From the NCBI GenBank assembly GCA_963761335.1, contig CAVXGR010000029.1:1-14842 (forward strand): a stretch of 14,842 nucleotides of DNA, in the 5' to 3' direction. The notes under the pieces are model-generated. The model was not told the DNA's origin. It did not search any database and saw nothing but the letters and a program-made list of their open reading frames with translations. The position numbers were made by a program, and so were the translations under genes. Source of the stretch: an uncultured delta proteobacterium. GTDB taxonomy: Bacteria; Desulfobacterota; Binatia; HRBIN30; BPIQ01. Below are positions 7,717-14,842 of this stretch, in pieces. Each line of letters begins with the position of its first letter. Position 1 is the first letter of the stretch.

Positions 7717-8793
7717 ATGAAAGCTGCTGTCTACGTCGGAGACTCCACCGCCCTTGCCCTGGAGGAGCTCAAGCCGAACCCGCCCGGTCCGCGCGATGTC
7801 GTCGTCGAGATCGGCGCCAGCGGTGTCTGTCATTCGGACCTGTCGATCATGCGCGGCTACGTGCCGGTGCCGCCGGGGATGGTGCTCGGCCACGAGGGCG
7901 CCGGTCGCGTCGTCGAGGTCGGCGCCGAGGTGTCGCGGGTGCAGAAGGGCGACCGCGTCATCGCCTCCTTCGTGCCCGCCTGCGGCGCCTGCTGGTACTG
8001 CCTGCGCGATCAGTCGGAGCTGTGCGAGCGCGAGAACGAGGTGTCGATGGCGATGCGCGGCACGCGTCCGGACGGCAGCATGTACTTCTGCATGACCGGC
8101 TTGGGGACGTTTTCCAACGTGATGACCGTGGACGAGGCCTCGGTGGTGAAGGTCGAGACCGACCTCCCCGACGCACAGCTGGCGCTGATCGGCTGCGGCG
8201 TGACCACCGGCGTCGGTGCCGCCCTCAACACCGCCAAGGTGCGGCCCGGCGCCAGCGTCGCCGTCCTCGGTTGCGGCGGCGTCGGGCAGGCGGTCATCCA
8301 GGGGGCGCGCGTCGCCGGTGCCGGCCGCATCATCGCCATCGACCCGCAGGAGCTGAAGCGCAAGACGGCCATGCAGCTCGGCGCCACCGACGTCGTCGAT
8401 CCCTCCCAGGGCGATCCGGTCGAGCAGGTGAAGGCGCTCACCGGCGGCCGCGGCGCCGACTACGCCTTCGAGGTGATCGGTCTTCCGGAGACCTTCGTCA
8501 CCGCCTACAACCTGGCGCGCCGCGGCGGCGAGGTGATCATGGTCGGCATGGCGCGCTTCGACGCGCAGTTCACTCTGCCGGCCTTCGGCATCTTCTTCGA
8601 GGAGAAGACGGTGAAGGGCTGCAAGTACGGCACGGCGCAGGTGCGCCGCGATTTCCCGCGCTTCGTCGAGCTGATCGAGACCCACCGCCTCGACACCTCC
8701 AAGATGGTCTCCAAGACCATCAAGCTCGAGGGCGTCAACGACGCCTTCCGCGCCATGGAGGCCGGCGAGGTCATCCGCAGCGTCATCGCCTGA
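7717..8793 (+). CDS. Zn-dependent alcohol dehydrogenase (MDR family, class III/AdhD-like), 358 aa
   Basis: GVCHSD, GHEGAG, structural-Zn CGACWYC-x7-C, IGCGV, GCGGVG and IAIDP (NAD-preferring Asp). RBS GGAGG favours ATG 7717 over 7711. Confidence 0.93.
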   Translation: MKAAVYVGDSTALALEELKPNPPGPRDVVVEIGASGVCHSDLSIMRGYVPVPPGMVLGHEGAGRVVEVGAEVSRVQKGDRVIASFVPACGACWYCLRDQSELCERENEVSMAMRGTRPDGSMYFCMTGLGTFSNVMTVDEASVVKVETDLPDAQLALIGCGVTTGVGAALNTAKVRPGASVAVLGCGGVGQAVIQGARVAGAGRIIAIDPQELKRKTAMQLGATDVVDPSQGDPVEQVKALTGGRGADYAFEVIGLPETFVTAYNLARRGGEVIMVGMARFDAQFTLPAFGIFFEEKTVKGCKYGTAQVRRDFPRFVELIETHRLDTSKMVSKTIKLEGVNDAFRAMEAGEVIRSVIA

Positions 8794-8880
8794 GCGGTCA
8801 GGGGACAGTGCATCATGAGCCTGGCGGCTCACCAGCAGACGATGAAAATGAGGCCGGGGATCTGCCCCGGCAAGAGATTG

Positions 8881-9180
8881 GGAGATTCTCGCCTGGGCGA
8901 AGTTCGCCCCGGAGGGCGGTGGCGTGTAGCCCCGGGTGAAACCCGGGGAAAAGTGCACGGTCCGTCGTAGGCGGCCCCGCAGGGTCGCAGGCAAGTTTTC
9001 GTCGATGTCGCGCCCGTACGCCGATAAATCACCACTGGGTGCGTGGGGAGCTCATCGACGTGACTCACGCGGCCTCTACGCCTGCGCCCCTGCGGGGCGC
9101 TGATCTGGGCCAATCGGAACGCGGTCCCCGGGTTGGCACCCGGGGCTACATGCCCGCGCCCCTCCGGGGCGATAATCTCC
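8881..9180. repeat. REP-doublet (REPIN/BIME-like) inverted element containing GTAG-CCCCGGGT-n-ACCCGGGG hairpins
   Basis: 8904-8949 is nearly the reverse complement of 9125-9172. Inner pair: GCCCCGCAGGGTCGCAGGC (8974-8992) and GCCTGCGCCCCTGCGGGGC (9080-9098). Outer tips: GGAGATTCTCGCC (8881) and GGCGATAATCTCC (9168-9180). Confidence 0.85.
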
Positions 9181-9230
9181 ACGCCAAGCGCCGGGGCTCC
9201 GCCAGACCTTCACCCAACAGATTTTCGAAG

Positions 9231-9297
9231 CAGGCTCCTTTTCGGCGGCGGAGGGTTGCCCGCGGGCCCCGATTGCTCGCCGCCGAAAAGGTGCCTG
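9231..9297. repeat. 20-bp-arm hairpin (CAGGCTCCTTTTCGGCGGCG ... CGCCGCCGAAAAGGTGCCTG)
   Basis: 19 of 20 positions complementary at 9231-9250/9278-9297, with a 27-nt spacer. Confidence 0.8.
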
Positions 9298-9316
9298 TCC
9301 CCGGCCGCATCATGGT

Positions 9317-9384
9317 CTCACGCAACGTCGCCACGGCGCAACGCGGGCGATTTTCTGCGTTGCGCCGTTGGGTCGTTGCGTGAG
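9317..9384. repeat. Two-tier hairpin (CTCACGCAACG...ACGGCGCAACGC / GCGTTGCGCCGT...CGTTGCGTGAG), possibly also a terminator between convergent genes
   Basis: Perfect 11-bp stem at 9317-9327/9374-9384 and perfect 12-bp stem at 9333-9344/9357-9368. No U-tract follows. Confidence 0.75.
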
Positions 9385-9478
9385 CCCCCGGCGGTGCCTC
9401 ACGTTCCCGGATCGGGCCGCTCCTCGCGGCGGCGCTCGTACTCCTCGTCGGGGGCGTCAGCCGCGAATGCCGTCACGC

Positions 9479-9862
9479 TCAGATCCAGGCGAAGAAGGCG
9501 CCGATGGCGGCGCCGAGCAGGAGAATCACCTGGGCGACGGCGCTGATGATCACTCCGGTCTCGCGCTTGCTCGGCTCCGCGACGTAGCCGCGTATGTAGA
9601 CGACCCGGCCGATGATGAAGACGACGCCGAGAATCGCCGCCCAGGTCGGGCTGAGGTAGAAGCCGAAGAGCCAGATCGCCGGCACGAAGATCACCAGCTG
9701 CTCCATGGTGTTCTGGTGCACGCGGAAGTAGCGCTCGAAGATCGGATGGCCGGTGGTCGCCGGCGCCTTGACGTCGTAGCGCTGCCGGGCCTGGCCGACC
9801 AGCAGGCCGAAGACGAAGAACTCGATCAGGGCGAGAATGATGACAAAGGCGACGAGATGCAT
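9479..9862 (-). CDS. MAPEG family membrane protein (microsomal GST / LTC4-synthase-like), 127 aa
   Basis: VGQARQRYDVKAPATTGHPIFERYFRVHQNTMEQ (FER-x2-R-x-HQN-x2-E), GRVVYIRGY and four TM segments. RBS GGGAG. Confidence 0.92.
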   Translation of the reverse strand: MHLVAFVIILALIEFFVFGLLVGQARQRYDVKAPATTGHPIFERYFRVHQNTMEQLVIFVPAIWLFGFYLSPTWAAILGVVFIIGRVVYIRGYVAEPSKRETGVIISAVAQVILLLGAAIGAFFAWI

Positions 9863-9929
9863 GGCGGAGTCTCCCTTTCTGCGGCGGGATGCTAGCGGAT
9901 GTGACGTCTTCGCGCATCCTCGCTCTCCG

Positions 9930-11360
9930 TCACCCCGCCGGCGTCCAGCCGCCGCCGAGTGCTTTGTAGAGGCGGATCAGGTTGGAGGTGACGGCGGCGT
10001 CGCTCTGCTCGAGCTGCTCCTGCAGTGAGAGCAGGGAGCGCTGCGCGTCGAGCACGCTCTGGAAATCGACCAGGCCGGTCTCGAACTGCTGGCGCGCCAC
10101 GGTTACGGCGCGCTCGGCCGCGGCGGCGGCGCGCGACAGGCTGTCGCGTCGCTGCTGCTCCTGGGCGTAGGCGACGATGTCGTCCTCGACCTCTTGCAAC
10201 GCCTTCAGCACCGCTTGCTGGTAAGCGAGCAGAGTCTCCTCCGTCAGCGCCTCCTGGAGCTCGATGTTCTGGCGGATGCTTCCCGCCGCGAACAGAGTCC
10301 ACTTGAAGCTCGGGCCGAGCTGGGAGAAGCGGTTGGCGAACGAGGTCAGCCCGCCGAGCGTCGAGGCGTCGATGCCGATGGTGCCGTTCAGCGAAAGCTT
10401 CGGATAGAGGTCGGCGGTGGCCACGCCGATGCGCGCCGTCTGCGCCGCCAGCAGTCGCTCGGCGCGGCGCACGTCGGGGCGGCGTCGCACGGCGTTTGCC
10501 GGGACTCCCACCAAGACCTCTCCGGGAGGCACGGGGACCTGCTTTCTTTCATCGAGCTCGGCGTCGAGGGCGCCCGGAGGCTGCCCGGTCAGCACCGACA
10601 GGGCGTTCTTTAGCTGCTCGATCTGGGTGCGGAAGGTGGGGATCTGCGCGCGTGTGCTCTCGAGGTTGTACTGCGCTTGCTCGGCGGCGAGATCGGTGGT
10701 CAGTCCGGCGCGGAACTGCTCGTTGGCGATCTGATAGGTCTCCGTCTGTGCCTCGACGTTGGCCTCGGCGATCGCCAGCTGCGCCTGCGCGGAGCGCAGG
10801 TCGACGTAATCGAGGGCCGTCTCCGCCAGCAGGCTGACGAGCACGTCGCCCAGATCCTCGCGGCTCGCCTCCAGGTCCGCCTGTGCCGCCTCGACGGAGC
10901 GCCGTACGCCGCCGAAGACGTCGAGCTCCCACGCCGCATCGAAGCCCGCCGAGTACAGCCACTGGTCGGAGCTGCCGGCCCCCGACTGGCCGCTGCCGCG
11001 TTCGCTCCAGGTCGCGGCGCCGGTGGCGTCGGCCGTGGGAAACAGGGCGGCCCCGGCGACGCCGCGCCGCGCCCGCGCCTGGCGCACCCGCGTCCGCGCC
11101 TGGCCGAGGTCGAGATTGGCCGCGGCGGCGCGCTCGAGCAGCTGCGTGAGCAGCGGGTCGTCGAGCTTCGTCCACCACTCCGCCAGCGCCCGCGGGTCGA
11201 TGGCCCCGCCGTGCAGGCCGTCCTGCAGCTCGGCATGCCACTGCGCCGGCGCCGCGACCTGCGGCGGGTGATAGTCGGGGCCGACGGCGGCGCAGCTGGC
11301 GACGGCGAAGCAGGCAGCGCGAAGAAGGCGCCGCGAGAGCGCGGGTAACGGGGCGGGCAT
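9930..11360 (-). CDS. Outer-membrane efflux factor lipoprotein (NodT/OprM/TolC family), 476 aa
   Basis: Lipobox-like VASC-AAVGPDY, WWTKLDDPLL, AAWELDVFGG, RRPDVRRAER and LYKALGGGW. The true start is ATG 11360, 2 nt after the permease stop, not 12119. Confidence 0.93.
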   Translation of the reverse strand: MPAPLPALSRRLLRAACFAVASCAAVGPDYHPPQVAAPAQWHAELQDGLHGGAIDPRALAEWWTKLDDPLLTQLLERAAAANLDLGQARTRVRQARARRGVAGAALFPTADATGAATWSERGSGQSGAGSSDQWLYSAGFDAAWELDVFGGVRRSVEAAQADLEASREDLGDVLVSLLAETALDYVDLRSAQAQLAIAEANVEAQTETYQIANEQFRAGLTTDLAAEQAQYNLESTRAQIPTFRTQIEQLKNALSVLTGQPPGALDAELDERKQVPVPPGEVLVGVPANAVRRRPDVRRAERLLAAQTARIGVATADLYPKLSLNGTIGIDASTLGGLTSFANRFSQLGPSFKWTLFAAGSIRQNIELQEALTEETLLAYQQAVLKALQEVEDDIVAYAQEQQRRDSLSRAAAAAERAVTVARQQFETGLVDFQSVLDAQRSLLSLQEQLEQSDAAVTSNLIRLYKALGGGWTPAG

Positions 11361-11362
11361 GG

Positions 11363-12574
11363 CTACTCGCGCCGCAGGGCCTCGATCGGATCGAGGCGCG
11401 CCGCCTGGCGCGCCGGGAAGTAGCCGAAGGCGATGCCGACGGCGCCGGAGAAGAGGAAGGCGGTGACCACGATGCTGGGGTCGAAGACGAAGGGCACGCC
11501 GAGAAGGCGCACGCCACCCGCCGCCGCCAGCAGCCCGAGGATGATGCCGGCGATGCCGCCCAGCAGCGACAGCACCACGGCCTCGACCAGGAACTGCAGC
11601 AGGACCTCGCGCTCCAAGGCGCCGATCGCCAGCCGCGTGCCGATCTCGCGGGTGCGCTCGGTGACCGAGACCATCATGATGTTCATGATGCCGATGCCGC
11701 CGACCAGCAGGCTCACGGCGGCCACGGCGCCGAGCAGCGCCGTGAGCACGCGGCTGGTGCCGGCGACGGCGCTGACGATCTCCTGCATGTCCATGACGTG
11801 AAAGTCGTCCTCGTCCTTCGGCCCGAGCCGCCGCCGCTCGCGCAGCAGCGACTCGATGTTTCGCTGCACCGTCGTGGTCGACACGCCGTCTTCGGCGGAG
11901 ACGAAGATGGCGTCGACGTCCTGGTTGCCCGCCATGCGCCGCTGCAGGGCGCGCAGGGGAACGAGAACGAAATCGTCTTCGTCGGCACCGAAGCCGGACT
12001 GCCCCTTCGACCGCAGCACGCCGATCACCTGGCAGGGGAGCTTGCCGAGACGAATCGTCGCATCGAGCGGGTCCTGCGCGGCAAAGAGCTTCTGCCTGAC
12101 CGTGGCCCCGAGAATGCACACGAGCTTGCCGGCGCGCACCTCGCCGCCGGTGAACGGCCGGCCGCTCTGCAACGGCCAGGCGCGCACCTCGAGGTAGGCA
12201 TTGTCGCTGCCGGTGACCGTGGTCGACCAGTTCTCGTTCCCGAAGATGGCGAGTGTCGTCTTCGACGCCGCGGGCGCCACCGCGGCCAGGCCGGAGATCT
12301 CGCGCTCGATGGCCTCGGAATCGCCGATCTCGAAGGACTTCGCCTCGCTTCTGGCGCCCCCGGGCCCATGGCCCCGCTGCCCCGGTCTCACGTTCAGCAG
12401 GTTGCTGCCGAGACTCGATATCTGCGCGGTCACCTGCGCCGTCGCGCCGCTGCCGATGGTGACCATGGTGATCACCGCGGCGACGCCGATGACGATACCC
12501 AGCACCGTCAGCGACGAGCGCAGGAGGTTGCGGCGGATGGCCCGCAGAGCCAGGAGGATGGTGTCGGCCAGCAT
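11363..12574 (-). CDS. MacB-type ABC transporter permease (FtsX/MacB periplasmic domain), 403 aa
   Basis: RSSLTVLGIVIGVAAVI, SLLVGGIGIMNIMMVSVTERTREIG and PARQAARLDPIEALRRE. The start overlaps the ATPase stop (TGATG). Confidence 0.95.
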   Translation of the reverse strand: MLADTILLALRAIRRNLLRSSLTVLGIVIGVAAVITMVTIGSGATAQVTAQISSLGSNLLNVRPGQRGHGPGGARSEAKSFEIGDSEAIEREISGLAAVAPAASKTTLAIFGNENWSTTVTGSDNAYLEVRAWPLQSGRPFTGGEVRAGKLVCILGATVRQKLFAAQDPLDATIRLGKLPCQVIGVLRSKGQSGFGADEDDFVLVPLRALQRRMAGNQDVDAIFVSAEDGVSTTTVQRNIESLLRERRRLGPKDEDDFHVMDMQEIVSAVAGTSRVLTALLGAVAAVSLLVGGIGIMNIMMVSVTERTREIGTRLAIGALEREVLLQFLVEAVVLSLLGGIAGIILGLLAAAGGVRLLGVPFVFDPSIVVTAFLFSGAVGIAFGYFPARQAARLDPIEALRRE

Positions 12575-13320
12575 CAGGGGTGCCCCGGCGCTTCGCTCTC
12601 CGGCGGCGCGCCGTCGTCGACCAGGCCGTCCATGAAGTGCAGGCTGCGCTTCGCGTAGGCCGCCATCGTCGTCTCGTGGGTCACCATGACGACGGTGATG
12701 CCGCGATCGCGATTGAGCGCCGTGAGCAGCTCCATGATCTCGCGGCTGCGCGCCGAGTCGAGATTCCCGGTGGGCTCGTCGGCGAGCAGCAGCGCCGGCT
12801 CGGTGACCATGGCGCGGGCGATGGCGACGCGCTGCTGCTGGCCGCCCGAGAGCTCGGACGGCGTGTGCTTGGCCCATGGCTCCAGGCCGACGGCACGCAG
12901 CGCCTGCCGCGCCCGCTCCTGGCGCTCCGCCGCGGGCATCCTCCTGTAGATGAGCGGCAGCTCGACGTTCTCGAGCGCCGAGGTGCGGTTGAGGAGATTG
13001 AAGCCCTGGAAGACGAAGCCGAGATAGTAGCGGCGGAGGATGGCGCGCTGATCGCGCGACAGCGTACCCACGTCGACGCCGCGGAACAGATATGATCCAG
13101 CGGTCGGGGTGTCCAGGCAGCCGATGATGTTCATCGCCGTCGACTTGCCCGAGCCGCTCGGACCCATGACCGCGAGGAACTCGCCGTCGTCGATCCGCAG
13201 GTCGATACCGCGCAGTGCCTGCATCGCCGCGGTGCCGGCGCCGTACGTCTTGGTGACCTGCCGCAGCTCGATCAGGGGCGGAGGAGGGCCCCCCGCGCCG
13301 TTCTCTGCTGCGGCGATCAT
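12574..13320 (-). CDS. MacB/LolD-type ABC ATPase, 248 aa
   Basis: Walker [11 protein letters not shown]-loop [23 protein letters not shown], Walker [12 protein letters not shown] and VTHE. ATGA overlap with the adaptor stop. Confidence 0.95.
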   Translation of the reverse strand: MIAAAENGAGGPPPPLIELRQVTKTYGAGTAAMQALRGIDLRIDDGEFLAVMGPSGSGKSTAMNIIGCLDTPTAGSYLFRGVDVGTLSRDQRAILRRYYLGFVFQGFNLLNRTSALENVELPLIYRRMPAAERQERARQALRAVGLEPWAKHTPSELSGGQQQRVAIARAMVTEPALLLADEPTGNLDSARSREIMELLTALNRDRGITVVMVTHETTMAAYAKRSLHFMDGLVDDGAPPESEAPGHP

Positions 13321-14588
13321 CCGGGTTGCTGGATGGCGTCGGTGACCACCGCGGTCCCGGCGGTGAGGTCTCCCGACACGATCTCGGTGAAGCGGCCGTC
13401 GGTCGCGCCGATGGTCACCGGCACGCCGGCCAGCTGCTGCTCGCGCAGAATCCACACCTCGTGCTGGGGAGCCTTGGCCGCATGGGATCGCGGCGACTCG
13501 GAAGGATGCGGGGGGTGGGGCATGAGGATGCCCAGCAGCCCGCGGCCGCGCGACGAGCCGCTCCTGCTGGCCGAGGCGGGCGGCCGGAAACGCAGCGCCG
13601 CGTTCGGCACCAGCAGGGCGCTCTCGATCCTCTGCACGACAACGTCCGCCGTCGCCGTCATGCCGGGGCGCAGCAGCAGATCGGAGTTGTCGACGCTGAG
13701 CACCGCCTGGTAGGTGACGACGCCGTCGACGGTCTTGGAGGCGTAGCGCACCTGGGTGATCTTCGCGGGAAAGCGCCGCTCGGGATAGGCGTCCACGGTG
13801 AAGCTGGCGCTCTGCCCCTCGGCGAGCTTGCCGACGTCGGCCTCGTCGACGTCCACCTGCAGCTCCATCTTGGTGAGGTCCTCGGCCAGCGTGAAGAGAA
13901 CCGGCGACTGCAGGGTGGCGGCGACCGTCTGGCCCGGCTCCACCTGGCGTTGCAGCACCACGCCGTTGATCGGCGAGCGGATCACCGCCTTCTGCAGGTT
14001 GGTTCGGTCGACCTCGAGGGCCGCCTCGGCCTGCGACACCTGGGCGCGGGCGTTGGCGACGCTCGCCTCGGCGCGCTTGAACGCTGCCTTGGCGGCGACC
14101 TGATCGTGCTCCGACATGGCCCGCTTCGGCAACAGCCGGTTGGCGCGGTCGAGCTCCAGACGCGTCTCCTCGACGCTCGCCTCGTCCTGCAGCACCATCG
14201 CCTGCCTCGCCTTGAGGGCCGCCTCGGACTGGAGCACCTGGGCCTGGAGCTTGGCGGTGTCGAGCACGGCCAGAGCCTGGCCGACCTGGACGCGGTCGTT
14301 GAAGTCCACGGCCACGGTCTTGATGATGCCAGAGAGCTCGCTGCCGACGTCGACCTGGTTGGTGGGCTGCAACGTGCCGGTGGCGGTCACCGTGACCACC
14401 AGATCGCCGCGGCTGGCCTCGGTGCTGCGATAGTGAGGAGCGTCGTCGCCTCCATAGAGCACCGGGCGCGCGGCGATGGCGACCAGGCCGGCGGCGACGG
14501 CGAGGGCTGCCCAGCGCCATCGCCGCCGCCTCTTCGAGCGGGTCTCGGTGGCGAGATGTTGCCGGATCTCGGACTCTGCGTCGGACAC
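13317..14588 (-). CDS. MacA-type periplasmic adaptor (membrane fusion protein), 423 aa
   Basis: Basic stretch followed by an N-terminal TM anchor, VTATGTLQP, VGSELSG, IRSPINGVV, VDEADVG, LRPGMTA and LLVPNAALRF. The GTG start is approximate. Confidence 0.93.
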   Translation of the reverse strand: MSDAESEIRQHLATETRSKRRRRWRWAALAVAAGLVAIAARPVLYGGDDAPHYRSTEASRGDLVVTVTATGTLQPTNQVDVGSELSGIIKTVAVDFNDRVQVGQALAVLDTAKLQAQVLQSEAALKARQAMVLQDEASVEETRLELDRANRLLPKRAMSEHDQVAAKAAFKRAEASVANARAQVSQAEAALEVDRTNLQKAVIRSPINGVVLQRQVEPGQTVAATLQSPVLFTLAEDLTKMELQVDVDEADVGKLAEGQSASFTVDAYPERRFPAKITQVRYASKTVDGVVTYQAVLSVDNSDLLLRPGMTATADVVVQRIESALLVPNAALRFRPPASASRSGSSRGRGLLGILMPHPPHPSESPRSHAAKAPQHEVWILREQQLAGVPVTIGATDGRFTEIVSGDLTAGTAVVTDAIQQPG

Positions 14589-14842
14589 GGAAACCTGCTT
14601 CAGATCTCTCTCGGGGGCTGACAGGGGACGATACCGCGGGGCATATCTGGCCTCAGTAGCCTTGGACCCACGTCGGGCAGGAATGGGTTACAGGCGGTTC
14701 AGAGGTTCGCAGACGGCGAGTCTCAAAGGCCGGCGCAGCGATCGCGGGGATTCATTGGAGTTCCGGGTCTGCACGCAAACGCATCGGCGAATTCGCGGAG
14801 ACTGGACATCTCCCCATCTACGCGAATCCGCGGCGGTGGATA

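Noticed and set aside
7400..7720. 106-aa ORF MNRRAAEDAEE as a real gene
   Set aside because: Its sequence is fully explained by the foldback repeat, and the opposite strand gives a near-identical peptide start.
6277..8994. 905-aa minus-strand ORF, and similar long ORFs at 4351-6087, 1788-2825, 567-1637 and 13326-14621
   Set aside because: Antisense shadows of well-supported genes in high-GC DNA, with no recognisable motifs.
8993..9079. Transposase remnant in the REP-doublet core
   Set aside because: I could not recognise HUH or other tnpA motifs in the frames I translated.
7389..9384. CRISPR array or attC cassette interpretation of the repeats
   Set aside because: The repeats are inverted and mutually dissimilar, with no regular repeat-spacer period, no evident attC core sites and no cas or integrase gene.
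9930..14520. Extended ORF calls of 729, 504 and 648 aa suggesting fusions in the efflux operon
   Set aside because: The N-terminal extensions are Arg/Pro-rich off-frame readings of the upstream gene. Coupled starts at 11360, 12574 and 13320 give normal proteins.

Overview
GC-rich bacterial chromosomal window with 13 credible CDSs in four blocks. (1) A divergent pair: a 529-aa adenylate-forming (PaaK/CapK/GH3-like) protein on the minus strand and a flavin-dependent oxidoreductase on the plus strand, separated by a 276-bp spacer that may fold into a structured RNA. (2) A Phd/YefM-VapC(PIN) toxin-antitoxin operon with a clear operator palindrome and a probable leaderless promoter, next to a small unknown membrane protein. 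(3) An acyl-CoA catabolic cluster: acyl-CoA dehydrogenase, acyl-CoA ligase and Zn-dependent alcohol dehydrogenase, with a TetR-type operator over the promoter. (4) A minus-strand MacAB-TolC-type efflux operon (adaptor, ATPase, permease, outer-membrane factor) followed by a MAPEG gene. The most unusual signal is non-coding. The spacers on both sides of the alcohol dehydrogenase hold at least four sequence-unrelated palindromic elements (about 260, 300, 67 and 68 bp) that look like non-autonomous REP/REPIN/MITE-like elements, yet the window has no transposase. I found no rRNA, tRNA or CRISPR array. All calls are from motif reading only.
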